A stretch of DNA of 64,000 nt, taken from contig NZ_CAJYMD010000067.1 of assembly GCF_913776015.1 (NCBI RefSeq), positions 66,274-130,273 of the forward strand. The letters run 5' to 3'. The translations under genes and the position numbers were made by a program. Below the pieces are notes generated by a model. It searched no databases. It saw only the letters and a list, made by a program, of their open reading frames with translations, and was not told the origin of the DNA. Of the stretch, positions 1 through 8,267 are shown in pieces (within the stretch, counting starts at the first letter, position 1; every line of letters begins with the position of its first letter). The stretch comes from an uncultured Oxalicibacterium sp. Lineage in GTDB: Bacteria > Pseudomonadota > Gammaproteobacteria > Burkholderiales > Burkholderiaceae_D.

Positions 1-914
1 ATCGGAACCTCGCCGCGCAGCGCGGCTTCGATCCATTTTGCGGTTGTAGCGGCTTCACGATCGGCGGGTAGCGGCGGCATGTCATCGACCGGCTCCTGCT
101 TTTGCACCAGTACCGTGCATTCCCCATCGTGAATCCAGGTAATTTGCTGTGCTCGCTTGGCATTTGCCACGGTTTCACCCTCGGTGCCACGCATCAGGAA
201 CACATCGCCGCGACCTGCAGGCGCGACCGTCGAGAAAAACTCGGTCAGCGTCGTCAGGTATTCGGGGTGCGTGTAAGAGGTCAGACGCAATGCCGGTGTG
301 GCAAACGGCTGCATGATCTTCACCAGCGTATGCGTCGAATTGCGCAAACCCAGCACACGCCGCAACGCCAGCAAACGAAACATCCGTGGTGCCAGCTTTT
401 CGATAGGCATGAACACCGGCGCATTACGTGCGAACTGTTCTGCCACCTGCTTGGCATCAAGGCTCGGTGTGTAACCGAGTTGGCTGAAAATTTCCGCACT
501 TGTCACTCGCCCCGGATCGGTCGTCACGCCGTGAATGAACACGGGTGCACCTGCCCGTCCCAGCAGCAAGGCCAGCAAGGGCAACAGATTCGGCAAGGCG
601 CGTGCACCGTTGTAGCTCGGAATCACGATCGGCGCGTAATCACCAGCCGGTGCATCAAGCGCCGGGAACGAAGCTTCGGCGGCTTCGATGAAGCCAGCTA
701 ATTCCTCAGCCGATTCGCCCTTGATACGCATGGACAGCAGGATCGCACCCATCTCCAGATCGGAGACGCGGCCATCCAGCATGGCACTGTAGAGAAGACA
801 CGCATCGTCACGCGACAGGCTGCGCGCGCCTTTGACGCCACGCCCGATTTCCTTGATGAAACGGGCGGCAGCGAATGGTTCGTTAGGTGTGATGTTGGAT
901 GTGATATTTGACAT
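1..914 (-). CDS. ybiB: YbiB/TrpD2-family protein (anthranilate phosphoribosyltransferase-like, DNA-binding); runs off the left edge
   Basis: Absent from the ORF track because it is incomplete. Hand translation from ATG at 914 gives MSNITSNITPNEPFAAARFIKEIGRGVKGARSL...MLDGRVSDLEMGAILLSMRIKGES...IPSYNGAR...MRGTEGE, the YbiB signature motifs. Confidence 0.85.
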   Translation of the reverse strand, partial: MSNITSNITPNEPFAAARFIKEIGRGVKGARSLSRDDACLLYSAMLDGRVSDLEMGAILLSMRIKGESAEELAGFIEAAEASFPALDAPAGDYAPIVIPSYNGARALPNLLPLLALLLGRAGAPVFIHGVTTDPGRVTSAEIFSQLGYTPSLDAKQVAEQFARNAPVFMPIEKLAPRMFRLLALRRVLGLRNSTHTLVKIMQPFATPALRLTSYTHPEYLTTLTEFFSTVAPAGRGDVFLMRGTEGETVANAKRAQQITWIHDGECTVLVQKQEPVDDMPPLPADREAATTAKWIEAALRGEVP

Positions 915-1023
915 GCGTGGGAGGATACACCGAAGACAAAACGAAGGCGTGCCGACAAGGGGTTATGAATAGCGCAACGTAACGTGCCGCCACGGCATGG
1001 CATATGCCGCTTTCAGATTCCGT

Positions 1024-1058
1024 GCATCGCCATCTATCACCGGGTTTGATGGCGATGC
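1024..1058. other. Intercistronic hairpin between nasA and ybiB (11-bp stem, no U-tract)
   Basis: gcatcgccatc ... gatggcgatgc perfect inverted repeat just after the nasA stop. Confidence 0.6.
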
Positions 1059-1067
1059 CTGGTTTCT

Positions 1068-3860
1068 TCAGGCTGCCTTTACCGTTTCCCCATGCGCGAG
1101 CACGATCTTTTTCAGTTCAGGCACGCAAGAGCCGCAATTGGTGCCGCATTGGAGTCGTCCCTGCAATTGCGCCAGCGCTTCATCCGGCGTGCATTGCATG
1201 GTCGATAGCGCATCACCAATTTCGGTTTCCGCGACATTGAAGCAATTGCAGACGATGCGGCCACGCGACTTGAATGCCTGCGGCGGTTGCGACGACGGCA
1301 TCAGGAGCAGCCGACCCAGCGCGGCAACCGGTTGCTCGCTTTCCAGATATTCCTTGAGCCAGCTTTCAGCATTGGCATCGCCCGCCAATGCCACGGCTTG
1401 CAACTTGCCGTCTGCGATCAAAATGTGCCGCGCATTGCCACGGCGTTTATCGTCGTAGCGCAAGACCTGTTCGCCGGCAATACCGAAGTGCGCTTCGATC
1501 TCTGCCATCAATGTCGCGTCGGCCGGATAATCATCTCCGGCACGGAACAGCACCCCAACCCTGTCGCGACCGAACAGCGTGCAGGATGCGTACGCAAACT
1601 GCCGCATGAAGGGACGCAGCGCCGCCTGCAAGGCAAGCACCTGCGACTCGTCGATCCAGCCGAACACGACAAAGCGCCACGGCAATTCCGCCTTGAGCAT
1701 CTTGACGGCCGCATGCTTGAGTTCCGGCTGCTTGGAACTGGGATCAAATACCGGCGAGGTCAGCGCATTGACGCCATGTGTACCCTCACCATGCGGACCG
1801 CGGCCCGACAGATATTCCTCGCCCCAATGCATGCCGATGAAAACCTGTCCGGCACGCATGTCGTCGCCAATCGCCAGCGGCAGAATCTGCGAACCGTGTT
1901 TGCTCGTCACATGCACGAGATCGCCTTCCTTGAGCAGGCGGCGTTCGACATCGACCTTGGACATCACGACCGTCGGCTCGGAAGCATGCGAGAACAGTTG
2001 TGCCACCGTGCCGGTACGGCTCATGCCATGCCATTGATCGCGCAGGCGACCGGTCGTCAGATGAAAAGGAAAGCGCGCATCAACGCGCTCGGCTACCGGC
2101 TTGTAAACCGTGTTGACGAATTTTGCACGCCCCGAAGCCGTCGGAAAAATGCCGTCTTCATACAAACGTTTGCGACCGCTCGTCGCCCCTTCGGGAAACG
2201 GCCATTGCTGTGGCCCCTGCTGTTCCAGCAAGGCATAGGACAAGCCGGTGATATCGAGATCGCGACCGCGTGTGGATTCGCGATGTTCGTTCCAGATTTG
2301 CTCGGTGGTTTCGTATGGAAACAGGCTGGGCTTGCCCGGCGCGAGTAGCGCTTCCAGACGACGTGCAAAGGCCATGCCGATTTCCCAGTCGTGTTTCGTC
2401 TCACCAGGTTTATGCATGGCGGAACGCACACGCGTGATGCGGCGTTCCGAATTGGTGACCGTGCCTTCCTTCTCGCTCCACGTCGTCGCCGGCAACAGCA
2501 CATCGGCGTATTCGCACGTGACCGTGGTGCGATAGGCTTCCTGCACGACGACGAGTTCGGCCTTTTGCAAGGTTTCACGTATCAGCTTTTGTTCGGGCAT
2601 CGATTGCGCCGGATTGGTACAGGCAATCCACAGCAGCTTGATTTCGCCAGTGCGCACCGCTTCGAACATTTCGACCGCGCTCTTGCCCGGCTTGGCCGGC
2701 ACATCGTCCACGCCCCACAGCTTGGCGATTTCGGCGCGATGCTGCGGATTATCGAGATCACGGTGTGCGGACGACATGGTCGCCAGTCCGCCGACTTCGC
2801 GACCGCCCATCGCATTCGGTTGCCCCGTCAGAGAAAACGGACCTGCGCCCGGTTTGCCGATCTGGTGCGTTGCCAGATGCAGGTTGATGAGTGCCGCATT
2901 CTTGGCCGTACCCGACGACGATTGATTCAAGCCCTGGCAATACATCGACAGCGATGCTTTCGATGCGCCGAACCAACGCGCGGCCTGCATCAAATCGGCT
3001 TCCTTGATGCCACAGGTTTGCGCCACGTATTGCGGGGTGTATTCACGTACCGTGGCTTTCAGCTCCGAGAAACCTTCGGTATGTGCATCGATCCACGCGG
3101 CATCGATCATGTCTTCCCACAGGCAGATATGCAGCATGCCGTTGAACAGGGCGACATCGGTACCGGGCAGAATGGGCAGAAATAGATCGGCCTCGCGCGC
3201 AGTGTCGGTACGGCGCGGATCGGCGACGATGATCTTCAGGTTGGGATTGGCCTTGCGCGCATCTTCGATACGACGATAGATGATCGGATGTGCGTAGGCC
3301 GTATTCGAACCGACGATGAAAATCACTTCGGCGTGATCGATATCTTCGTAGCACGGCGGTGGCGCATCGGCCCCCAGCGTCTGCTTGTAGCCGGCCACCG
3401 CGCTCGACATGCACAGGCGCGAATTGGTATCGACGTTATTGGTGCCGATCAGCCCTTTAGCGAGCTTGTTGAAGACATAGTAATCCTCGGTCAGCAGCTG
3501 GCCCGACAGATAGAATCCGACACTGTCGGGCCCATGTTCGCGAATCGTGGCGGCAAACTTGCGCGCCAGATAATCGAGCGTGCTGTCCCAATCGCTACGG
3601 CTGCGCGCAGCGTCACGTGCCAAGCGCAATTCAGGATACAGCGCACGCGCCTGCTGCTGCAACGCAGGACGTGCCGTCAAATGCAGCGTACTGCCCTTGG
3701 TGCATAACCTGCCGAAATTGGCAGGATGATCGGGATCGCCACGCACACCCGTGACCTGCTGGCCATCGGTCTGTACGAGCACGCCACAGCCGACACCGCA
3801 GTAGCAGCAGGTGGCGCGTGTTTCATTGGGCAATAACCCGTTCACGTTCTTCTCCGGCAA
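1068..3860 (-). CDS. nasA: Assimilatory nitrate reductase catalytic subunit (Mo-bisPGD, N-terminal 4Fe-4S, C-terminal BFD-like 2Fe-2S)
   Basis: TCCYCGVGC...NFGRLCTKG, NNVDTNSRLCMSSA, SLTGQPNAMGGRE, TTGRLRDQWH, and C-terminal CNCF...CGTNCGSC. The true start may be GTG at 3845, which has a GGAG RBS. Confidence 0.95.
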   Translation of the reverse strand: MPEKNVNGLLPNETRATCCYCGVGCGVLVQTDGQQVTGVRGDPDHPANFGRLCTKGSTLHLTARPALQQQARALYPELRLARDAARSRSDWDSTLDYLARKFAATIREHGPDSVGFYLSGQLLTEDYYVFNKLAKGLIGTNNVDTNSRLCMSSAVAGYKQTLGADAPPPCYEDIDHAEVIFIVGSNTAYAHPIIYRRIEDARKANPNLKIIVADPRRTDTAREADLFLPILPGTDVALFNGMLHICLWEDMIDAAWIDAHTEGFSELKATVREYTPQYVAQTCGIKEADLMQAARWFGASKASLSMYCQGLNQSSSGTAKNAALINLHLATHQIGKPGAGPFSLTGQPNAMGGREVGGLATMSSAHRDLDNPQHRAEIAKLWGVDDVPAKPGKSAVEMFEAVRTGEIKLLWIACTNPAQSMPEQKLIRETLQKAELVVVQEAYRTTVTCEYADVLLPATTWSEKEGTVTNSERRITRVRSAMHKPGETKHDWEIGMAFARRLEALLAPGKPSLFPYETTEQIWNEHRESTRGRDLDITGLSYALLEQQGPQQWPFPEGATSGRKRLYEDGIFPTASGRAKFVNTVYKPVAERVDARFPFHLTTGRLRDQWHGMSRTGTVAQLFSHASEPTVVMSKVDVERRLLKEGDLVHVTSKHGSQILPLAIGDDMRAGQVFIGMHWGEEYLSGRGPHGEGTHGVNALTSPVFDPSSKQPELKHAAVKMLKAELPWRFVVFGWIDESQVLALQAALRPFMRQFAYASCTLFGRDRVGVLFRAGDDYPADATLMAEIEAHFGIAGEQVLRYDDKRRGNARHILIADGKLQAVALAGDANAESWLKEYLESEQPVAALGRLLLMPSSQPPQAFKSRGRIVCNCFNVAETEIGDALSTMQCTPDEALAQLQGRLQCGTNCGSCVPELKKIVLAHGETVKAA

Positions 3861-3882
3861 AACCCATCCCTCACGACGTCAC

Positions 3883-4269
3883 TCAGGCAGCCGCGGCTTC
3901 TCCTGCATTGGCCGACCCTGCCGGCAGGAACGGTGCGGCTGGTGTCGCCAGCTCAACCGCATCCAGATACACGCTGCCGGCCTCGACCTTGACGCTGAAC
4001 GATTGCGTGCAGCCCTCATCCGGAGCAACGGCGCAACCCGACTGCATTTCAATGCTCCAGTTGTGCAGCGGACAGGCCACGCGCTCACCGAACACGATGC
4101 CTTGCGACAAGGGCCCGCCTTTGTGTGGGCAGCGATCAAGCAACGCAAATACTTTATCTTCACTGTTGCGGAAGATCGCCACATTCGGCTGATCGGCGCG
4201 TTGTATCACGCGTGCGCCCAGTACCGGGATGTCCTCGACCTTGCAGATTACTTTCCATTCATTCGACAT
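3883..4269 (-). CDS. nirD: Nitrite reductase (NADH) small subunit, Rieske-like
   Basis: DRCPHKGGPLSQG...VACPLHNW Rieske motif; lies directly downstream of nirB. Confidence 0.93.
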   Translation of the reverse strand: MSNEWKVICKVEDIPVLGARVIQRADQPNVAIFRNSEDKVFALLDRCPHKGGPLSQGIVFGERVACPLHNWSIEMQSGCAVAPDEGCTQSFSVKVEAGSVYLDAVELATPAAPFLPAGSANAGEAAAA

Positions 4270-4305
4270 GCTTTGTTTCCTTTGAGGCTATTCCGTGAAA
4301 GCGCT

Positions 4306-6744
4306 TCACACCGTGAGCGGGGAGAACTGGCGCACATCGACATGCGCCTTTTCCGATTCATGCCATGGGTCTGCCTCGCCTTCGAGCGCGAACAGCAAGC
4401 GTTCGTAGAGCGCCTTGCGATTGGCTTCGTCTTCCAGCACACGCTTCTTCACGTGTTCGAGGCCGACACGATCAAGGTAATGCACGGTTCGTTCCAGATA
4501 CCAGCCTTCTTCGCGATAGAGTTGCAGGAAGGCGCCCGTATATTCGAGCACTTCCTCATGCGTCTTCACCTTGACGAAGAATTGCGCGACTTCGGTCTTG
4601 ATACCGCCGTTACCGCCGACATAAAGCTCCCAGCCTGAATCGACACCGATGATGCCGACATCCTTGATGCCGGATTCCGCACAATTACGTGGGCAACCCG
4701 AGACTGCCAGCTTGGTCTTGTGCGGCGTGTACATCAACGCGAGCTGACGTTCGAGCTGTTGCCCCATCAGAGTGGAATTCTGCGTACCGAAGCGGCACCA
4801 TTCCGACCCGACGCAGGTCTTCACGGTACGCAAGCCCTTGGCATAACCGAGACCGGCCGGCATGCCGAGGTCATGCCAGACTTCGCGCAGGTCTTCCTTC
4901 TTCACACCCAGCAAATCGATGCGCTGGCCCCCCGTTACCTTGACGGTAGGGATCTTGAACTTATCCACCACGTCGGCAATGCGGCGCAGTTCGGATGCAT
5001 TCGTCTCGCCGCCCCACATGCGCGGAATCACCGAGAACGTACCGTCCTTCTGGATGTTGGCGTGCGCACGTTCGTTGATGAAGCGCGATTGCGGATCGTC
5101 GATCGCCTCATGCGGCCAGGTCGAGATCAGGTAGTAGTTGATCGCCGGACGGCAGCTCGAACAACCGTTCGGCGTTTTCCAGTTCATCTTGCCCATGACT
5201 TCCGCCACCGTCAGCATGTGCTGTTCGCGAATCGCGTCGCGCACGTCCTGATGCGTGTGATCGGTACAACCGCACATCGATTTGGCCTTTTTCGATGCCG
5301 AGTAATCGCCACCGACCGTCGCCATGATGATCTGCTCGACCAGCCCCGTGCACGAACCGCATGAAGCCGATGCCTTCGTATGCTTGCGCACATCCTCGAT
5401 GGTAAACAGGCCTTTTTCCTTGATCGCCTTGACCACAGTGCCCTTGCACACACCATTGCAACCGCAGACTTCGGCGGTATCGGGCATGGCTGCAGCCTTG
5501 TTGAAACCTTCATGACCGGTATCGCCGGGACGGCTCAGATTGGCTTCGCCGAACATCAGCGAATCGCGAATCTCGGTAATGTCCTTACCTTCGCGCAGCA
5601 TGTTGAAATACCAGCTGCCATCGACCGTATCGCCATACAGGCAGGCACCAACCAGCTTGTTGTCTTTCAGGACCAGCTTCTTGTACACGCCGCCGATCGG
5701 GTCGGACAGCATGATTTCTTCCATGCCATCGCCACCGAGAAAATCGCCGGCCGAAAACAGATCGATACCCGTGACCTTGAGTTTGGTGGACGTAACCGAA
5801 CCCTGATAGCGGCCAATGCCGTAGTTGGCCAAATGATTGGCACAGACCTTTGCCATCTCGAACAATGGCGCCACCAGACCATAGGCGATACCACGATGAT
5901 TCACACATTCGCCGACAGCGTAGATGCGCGGATCATAGGTTTGCATCGTGTCGTTGACGACGATGCCGCGGTTGCAATAGATACCGGTTTCTTCGGCCAG
6001 TTGCGTATTCGGGCGAATGCCGACCGCCATCACTACCAGATCGGCCAGCACTTCCGACCCATCGCTGAATTTCACCGCCTTGACGCGGCCATTGCCATCA
6101 CCAAGCAGTTCCTGCGTATTCTTGCCGAGCAGGAAAGACAGGCCACGATCTTCCAGCGACTTCTGCAGCATCTTGCCGGCAGTCTTGTCGAGCTGGCGCT
6201 CCATCAGCGTTTCCGGCAAATGCACGACCGTCACGTCCATGCCACGCAGCTTGAGACCGTTGGCGGCTTCCAGACCGAGCAAGCCGCCACCGATGACGAC
6301 CGCATGCTTGTACTTGGTGGCCGCATCGATCATGGTGTTGGTATCGTAAATATCGCGATAGCCGATCACACCATCAAGTTCACGACCGGGCACCGGCAGC
6401 ATGAAGGGATTGGAACCGGTCGCCAGCAGCAGGCGATCGTATTCCGCCGTCGTGCCATCGTCGGCGACGACAAGGCGCTTGACGCGATCGATCTTGACGA
6501 TCTTCTTGCCGAGATGCAGCTTGATCTCGTTCGCTTCATACCAATCGACATCGTTCAGCATGATGTCCTTGATCGTCTGTTCACCGGCCAACACGGGCGA
6601 CAGCAGGATACGGTTGTAGTTGGCGTATGGCTCGGAGCCGAACACCGTGATGTCATACAGATCGGGGGCGATCTTGCGCAATTCTTCCAATGTGCGCACG
6701 CCTGCCATCCCGTTACCGACCATGACCAGTTTCATCTTTTTCAT
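4306..6744 (-). CDS. nirB: Nitrite reductase (NADH) large subunit
   Basis: Start trimmed to MKKMKLVMVGNGMAG (FAD-binding). Contains VIGGGLLGLEAA, two BFD-like Cys clusters, and the siroheme/4Fe-4S motifs KTCVGSEWC and SGCPRNC. Confidence 0.96.
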   Translation of the reverse strand: MKKMKLVMVGNGMAGVRTLEELRKIAPDLYDITVFGSEPYANYNRILLSPVLAGEQTIKDIMLNDVDWYEANEIKLHLGKKIVKIDRVKRLVVADDGTTAEYDRLLLATGSNPFMLPVPGRELDGVIGYRDIYDTNTMIDAATKYKHAVVIGGGLLGLEAANGLKLRGMDVTVVHLPETLMERQLDKTAGKMLQKSLEDRGLSFLLGKNTQELLGDGNGRVKAVKFSDGSEVLADLVVMAVGIRPNTQLAEETGIYCNRGIVVNDTMQTYDPRIYAVGECVNHRGIAYGLVAPLFEMAKVCANHLANYGIGRYQGSVTSTKLKVTGIDLFSAGDFLGGDGMEEIMLSDPIGGVYKKLVLKDNKLVGACLYGDTVDGSWYFNMLREGKDITEIRDSLMFGEANLSRPGDTGHEGFNKAAAMPDTAEVCGCNGVCKGTVVKAIKEKGLFTIEDVRKHTKASASCGSCTGLVEQIIMATVGGDYSASKKAKSMCGCTDHTHQDVRDAIREQHMLTVAEVMGKMNWKTPNGCSSCRPAINYYLISTWPHEAIDDPQSRFINERAHANIQKDGTFSVIPRMWGGETNASELRRIADVVDKFKIPTVKVTGGQRIDLLGVKKEDLREVWHDLGMPAGLGYAKGLRTVKTCVGSEWCRFGTQNSTLMGQQLERQLALMYTPHKTKLAVSGCPRNCAESGIKDVGIIGVDSGWELYVGGNGGIKTEVAQFFVKVKTHEEVLEYTGAFLQLYREEGWYLERTVHYLDRVGLEHVKKRVLEDEANRKALYERLLFALEGEADPWHESEKAHVDVRQFSPLTV

Positions 6745-6783
6745 CGCTGCATCCCACAGAAAAGTATTGTTCTGACCTAAATA

Positions 6784-6799
6784 AGCAAAACAGATGCCA
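6784..6799 (-). promoter_or_regulatory. sigma54 -24/-12 promoter for nirBD-nasA-ybiB
   Basis: Minus strand reads TGGCATCTGTTTTGCT (GG-N10-GC), about 40 bp before the nirB ATG. Confidence 0.8.
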
Positions 6800-6879
6800 G
6801 TTTTATTCTGCCGTTTTTCATGGCCTGCTATTAAATATGCGCATGAAATGCACAATTTGAAAAAGACATGCCATGCAAC

Positions 6880-6895
6880 GCACCTGCGAAGTGCA
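6880..6895. promoter_or_regulatory. NtrC-type enhancer site
   Basis: GCAC-CTGCGAA-GTGCA palindrome midway between two divergent sigma54 promoters; a weaker CGCACCA half-site lies at 6912-6918. Confidence 0.6.
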
Positions 6896-6967
6896 TTGAC
6901 GCAACAAAAAGCGCACCAAGAATGCCCATCAAAACAAAAACCTTGCTCTACAAGGGTTTCAAAAAAG

Positions 6968-6983
6968 TGGCATAACACTTGCA
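6968..6983 (+). promoter_or_regulatory. sigma54 -24/-12 promoter for narK and the PP2C/kinase gene
   Basis: TGGCATAACACTTGCA (GG-N10-GC), 35 bp before the narK ATG. Confidence 0.8.
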
Positions 6984-7018
6984 TCTTTTCCCGCATCACT
7001 CAACTTGTGCGGACTGTC

Positions 7019-8233
7019 ATGCAAAAAACCTCGTTCTGGAAAGCCGGCCACACGCCGACACTGCTTTCCTCATTCTTCTATTTCGATCTCAGCTTCATGG
7101 TGTGGGTGATTCTGGGGCCGCTGGCGGTACAGATTTCTGCCGATGTCGGCCTCACCCCGGCGCAGAAAGGACTCGTGGTCGCCACGCCGCTGCTTGCCGG
7201 TGCATTGCTGCGCATGGTGATGGGCGTACTGGTCGATGCCCTGCAACCGAAAAAGGCGGGCGTGATCGGCCAGATTATCGTGATGGCAGGTCTGGTCTGG
7301 GCCTGGCTCGGCGATCTGCACAGCTATCACGCACTGCTCGCCTTTGGCATCATCCTCGGTGTTGCCGGTGCCGCCTTCGCGGTGGCGCTGCCGCTGGCTT
7401 CGCGCTGGTATCCGCCAGAACATCAGGGCATGGCACTCGGCATCGCCGGTGCCGGCAATTCCGGTACCGCACTGGCGGCCCTGTTTGCGCCGACGCTGGC
7501 AATTCATTTCGGCTGGCAAAACGTGTTCGGCCTGTGCCTGATTCCTTTGTCGGTTGCCTTCGTCGTGTATCTGGTATTCGCGAAGGATGCGCCGAATGCG
7601 CCGCCCGCCAAATCGCTGGTCGCGTACCTGCAAGTGCTGAAAGACAAGGATGCCTGGTGGTTCATGTTCTTCTACAGCGTCACCTTCGGCGGCTTTTCGG
7701 GTCTGGCATCTTCGCTGACGATCTACTTCAACGGGCAATATGGTTTGTCACCCGTCACGGCCGGTTACTTCACGGCAGCCTGCGTGTTCGCCGGTTCGAT
7801 GGTGCGCCCGATCGGCGGTCGTCTGGCCGATCGCATCGGTGGTATTCGCACGCTGTCGCTAATGTATATGCTGGCCGCCATCTTCCTGCTGATCGCCAGC
7901 ATCGGCCTGCCGTCGCCGATCATGGCGGCACTCGTGTTCGTGCTGGCGATGCTGTCGCTGGGTACCGGCAACGGTGCTGTGTTCCAGTTGGTGCCACAAC
8001 GCTTCCGCAAGGAGATCGGTGTCATGACTGGCCTGGTCGGCATGGCTGGCGGTATCGGCGGTTTCTATCTGGCTTCCAGCCTCGGCTATTCCAAGCAGTT
8101 GACGGGAACCTATCAAGCTGGCCTGATTTTGTTTGCCGCGCTGGCCATCGTTGCACTGATCGGTCTCTCGACCGTCAAGAAACGCTGGCGCACCACATGG
8201 GGCAGCGCCGCCATGACTAACGCCAAGATATGA
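7019..8233 (+). CDS. narK: MFS nitrate/nitrite transporter (NarK/NasA family)
   Basis: Start trimmed to MQKTSFWKAGH. Has about 12 hydrophobic segments and the nitrate signatures FAVALPLASRWYP..QG.ALGIAGAGN and GNGAVFQLVP. Confidence 0.93.
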   Translation: MQKTSFWKAGHTPTLLSSFFYFDLSFMVWVILGPLAVQISADVGLTPAQKGLVVATPLLAGALLRMVMGVLVDALQPKKAGVIGQIIVMAGLVWAWLGDLHSYHALLAFGIILGVAGAAFAVALPLASRWYPPEHQGMALGIAGAGNSGTALAALFAPTLAIHFGWQNVFGLCLIPLSVAFVVYLVFAKDAPNAPPAKSLVAYLQVLKDKDAWWFMFFYSVTFGGFSGLASSLTIYFNGQYGLSPVTAGYFTAACVFAGSMVRPIGGRLADRIGGIRTLSLMYMLAAIFLLIASIGLPSPIMAALVFVLAMLSLGTGNGAVFQLVPQRFRKEIGVMTGLVGMAGGIGGFYLASSLGYSKQLTGTYQAGLILFAALAIVALIGLSTVKKRWRTTWGSAAMTNAKI

Positions 8234-8267
8234 TGCGCCCTGCTTTCGTGACAACGCCGGATTCGCC

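Noticed and set aside
966-992. sigma54-like element upstream of ybiB (CGGCAC-GTTAC-GTTGC on minus)
   Set aside because: GG-to-GC spacing is 11 nt rather than the required 10
6744-7019. ANTAR hairpins in the nirB or narK leaders
   Set aside because: The leaders are short, and the only hairpin (ccgca..tgcgg before narK) lacks an A1/G4 hexaloop and a downstream terminator
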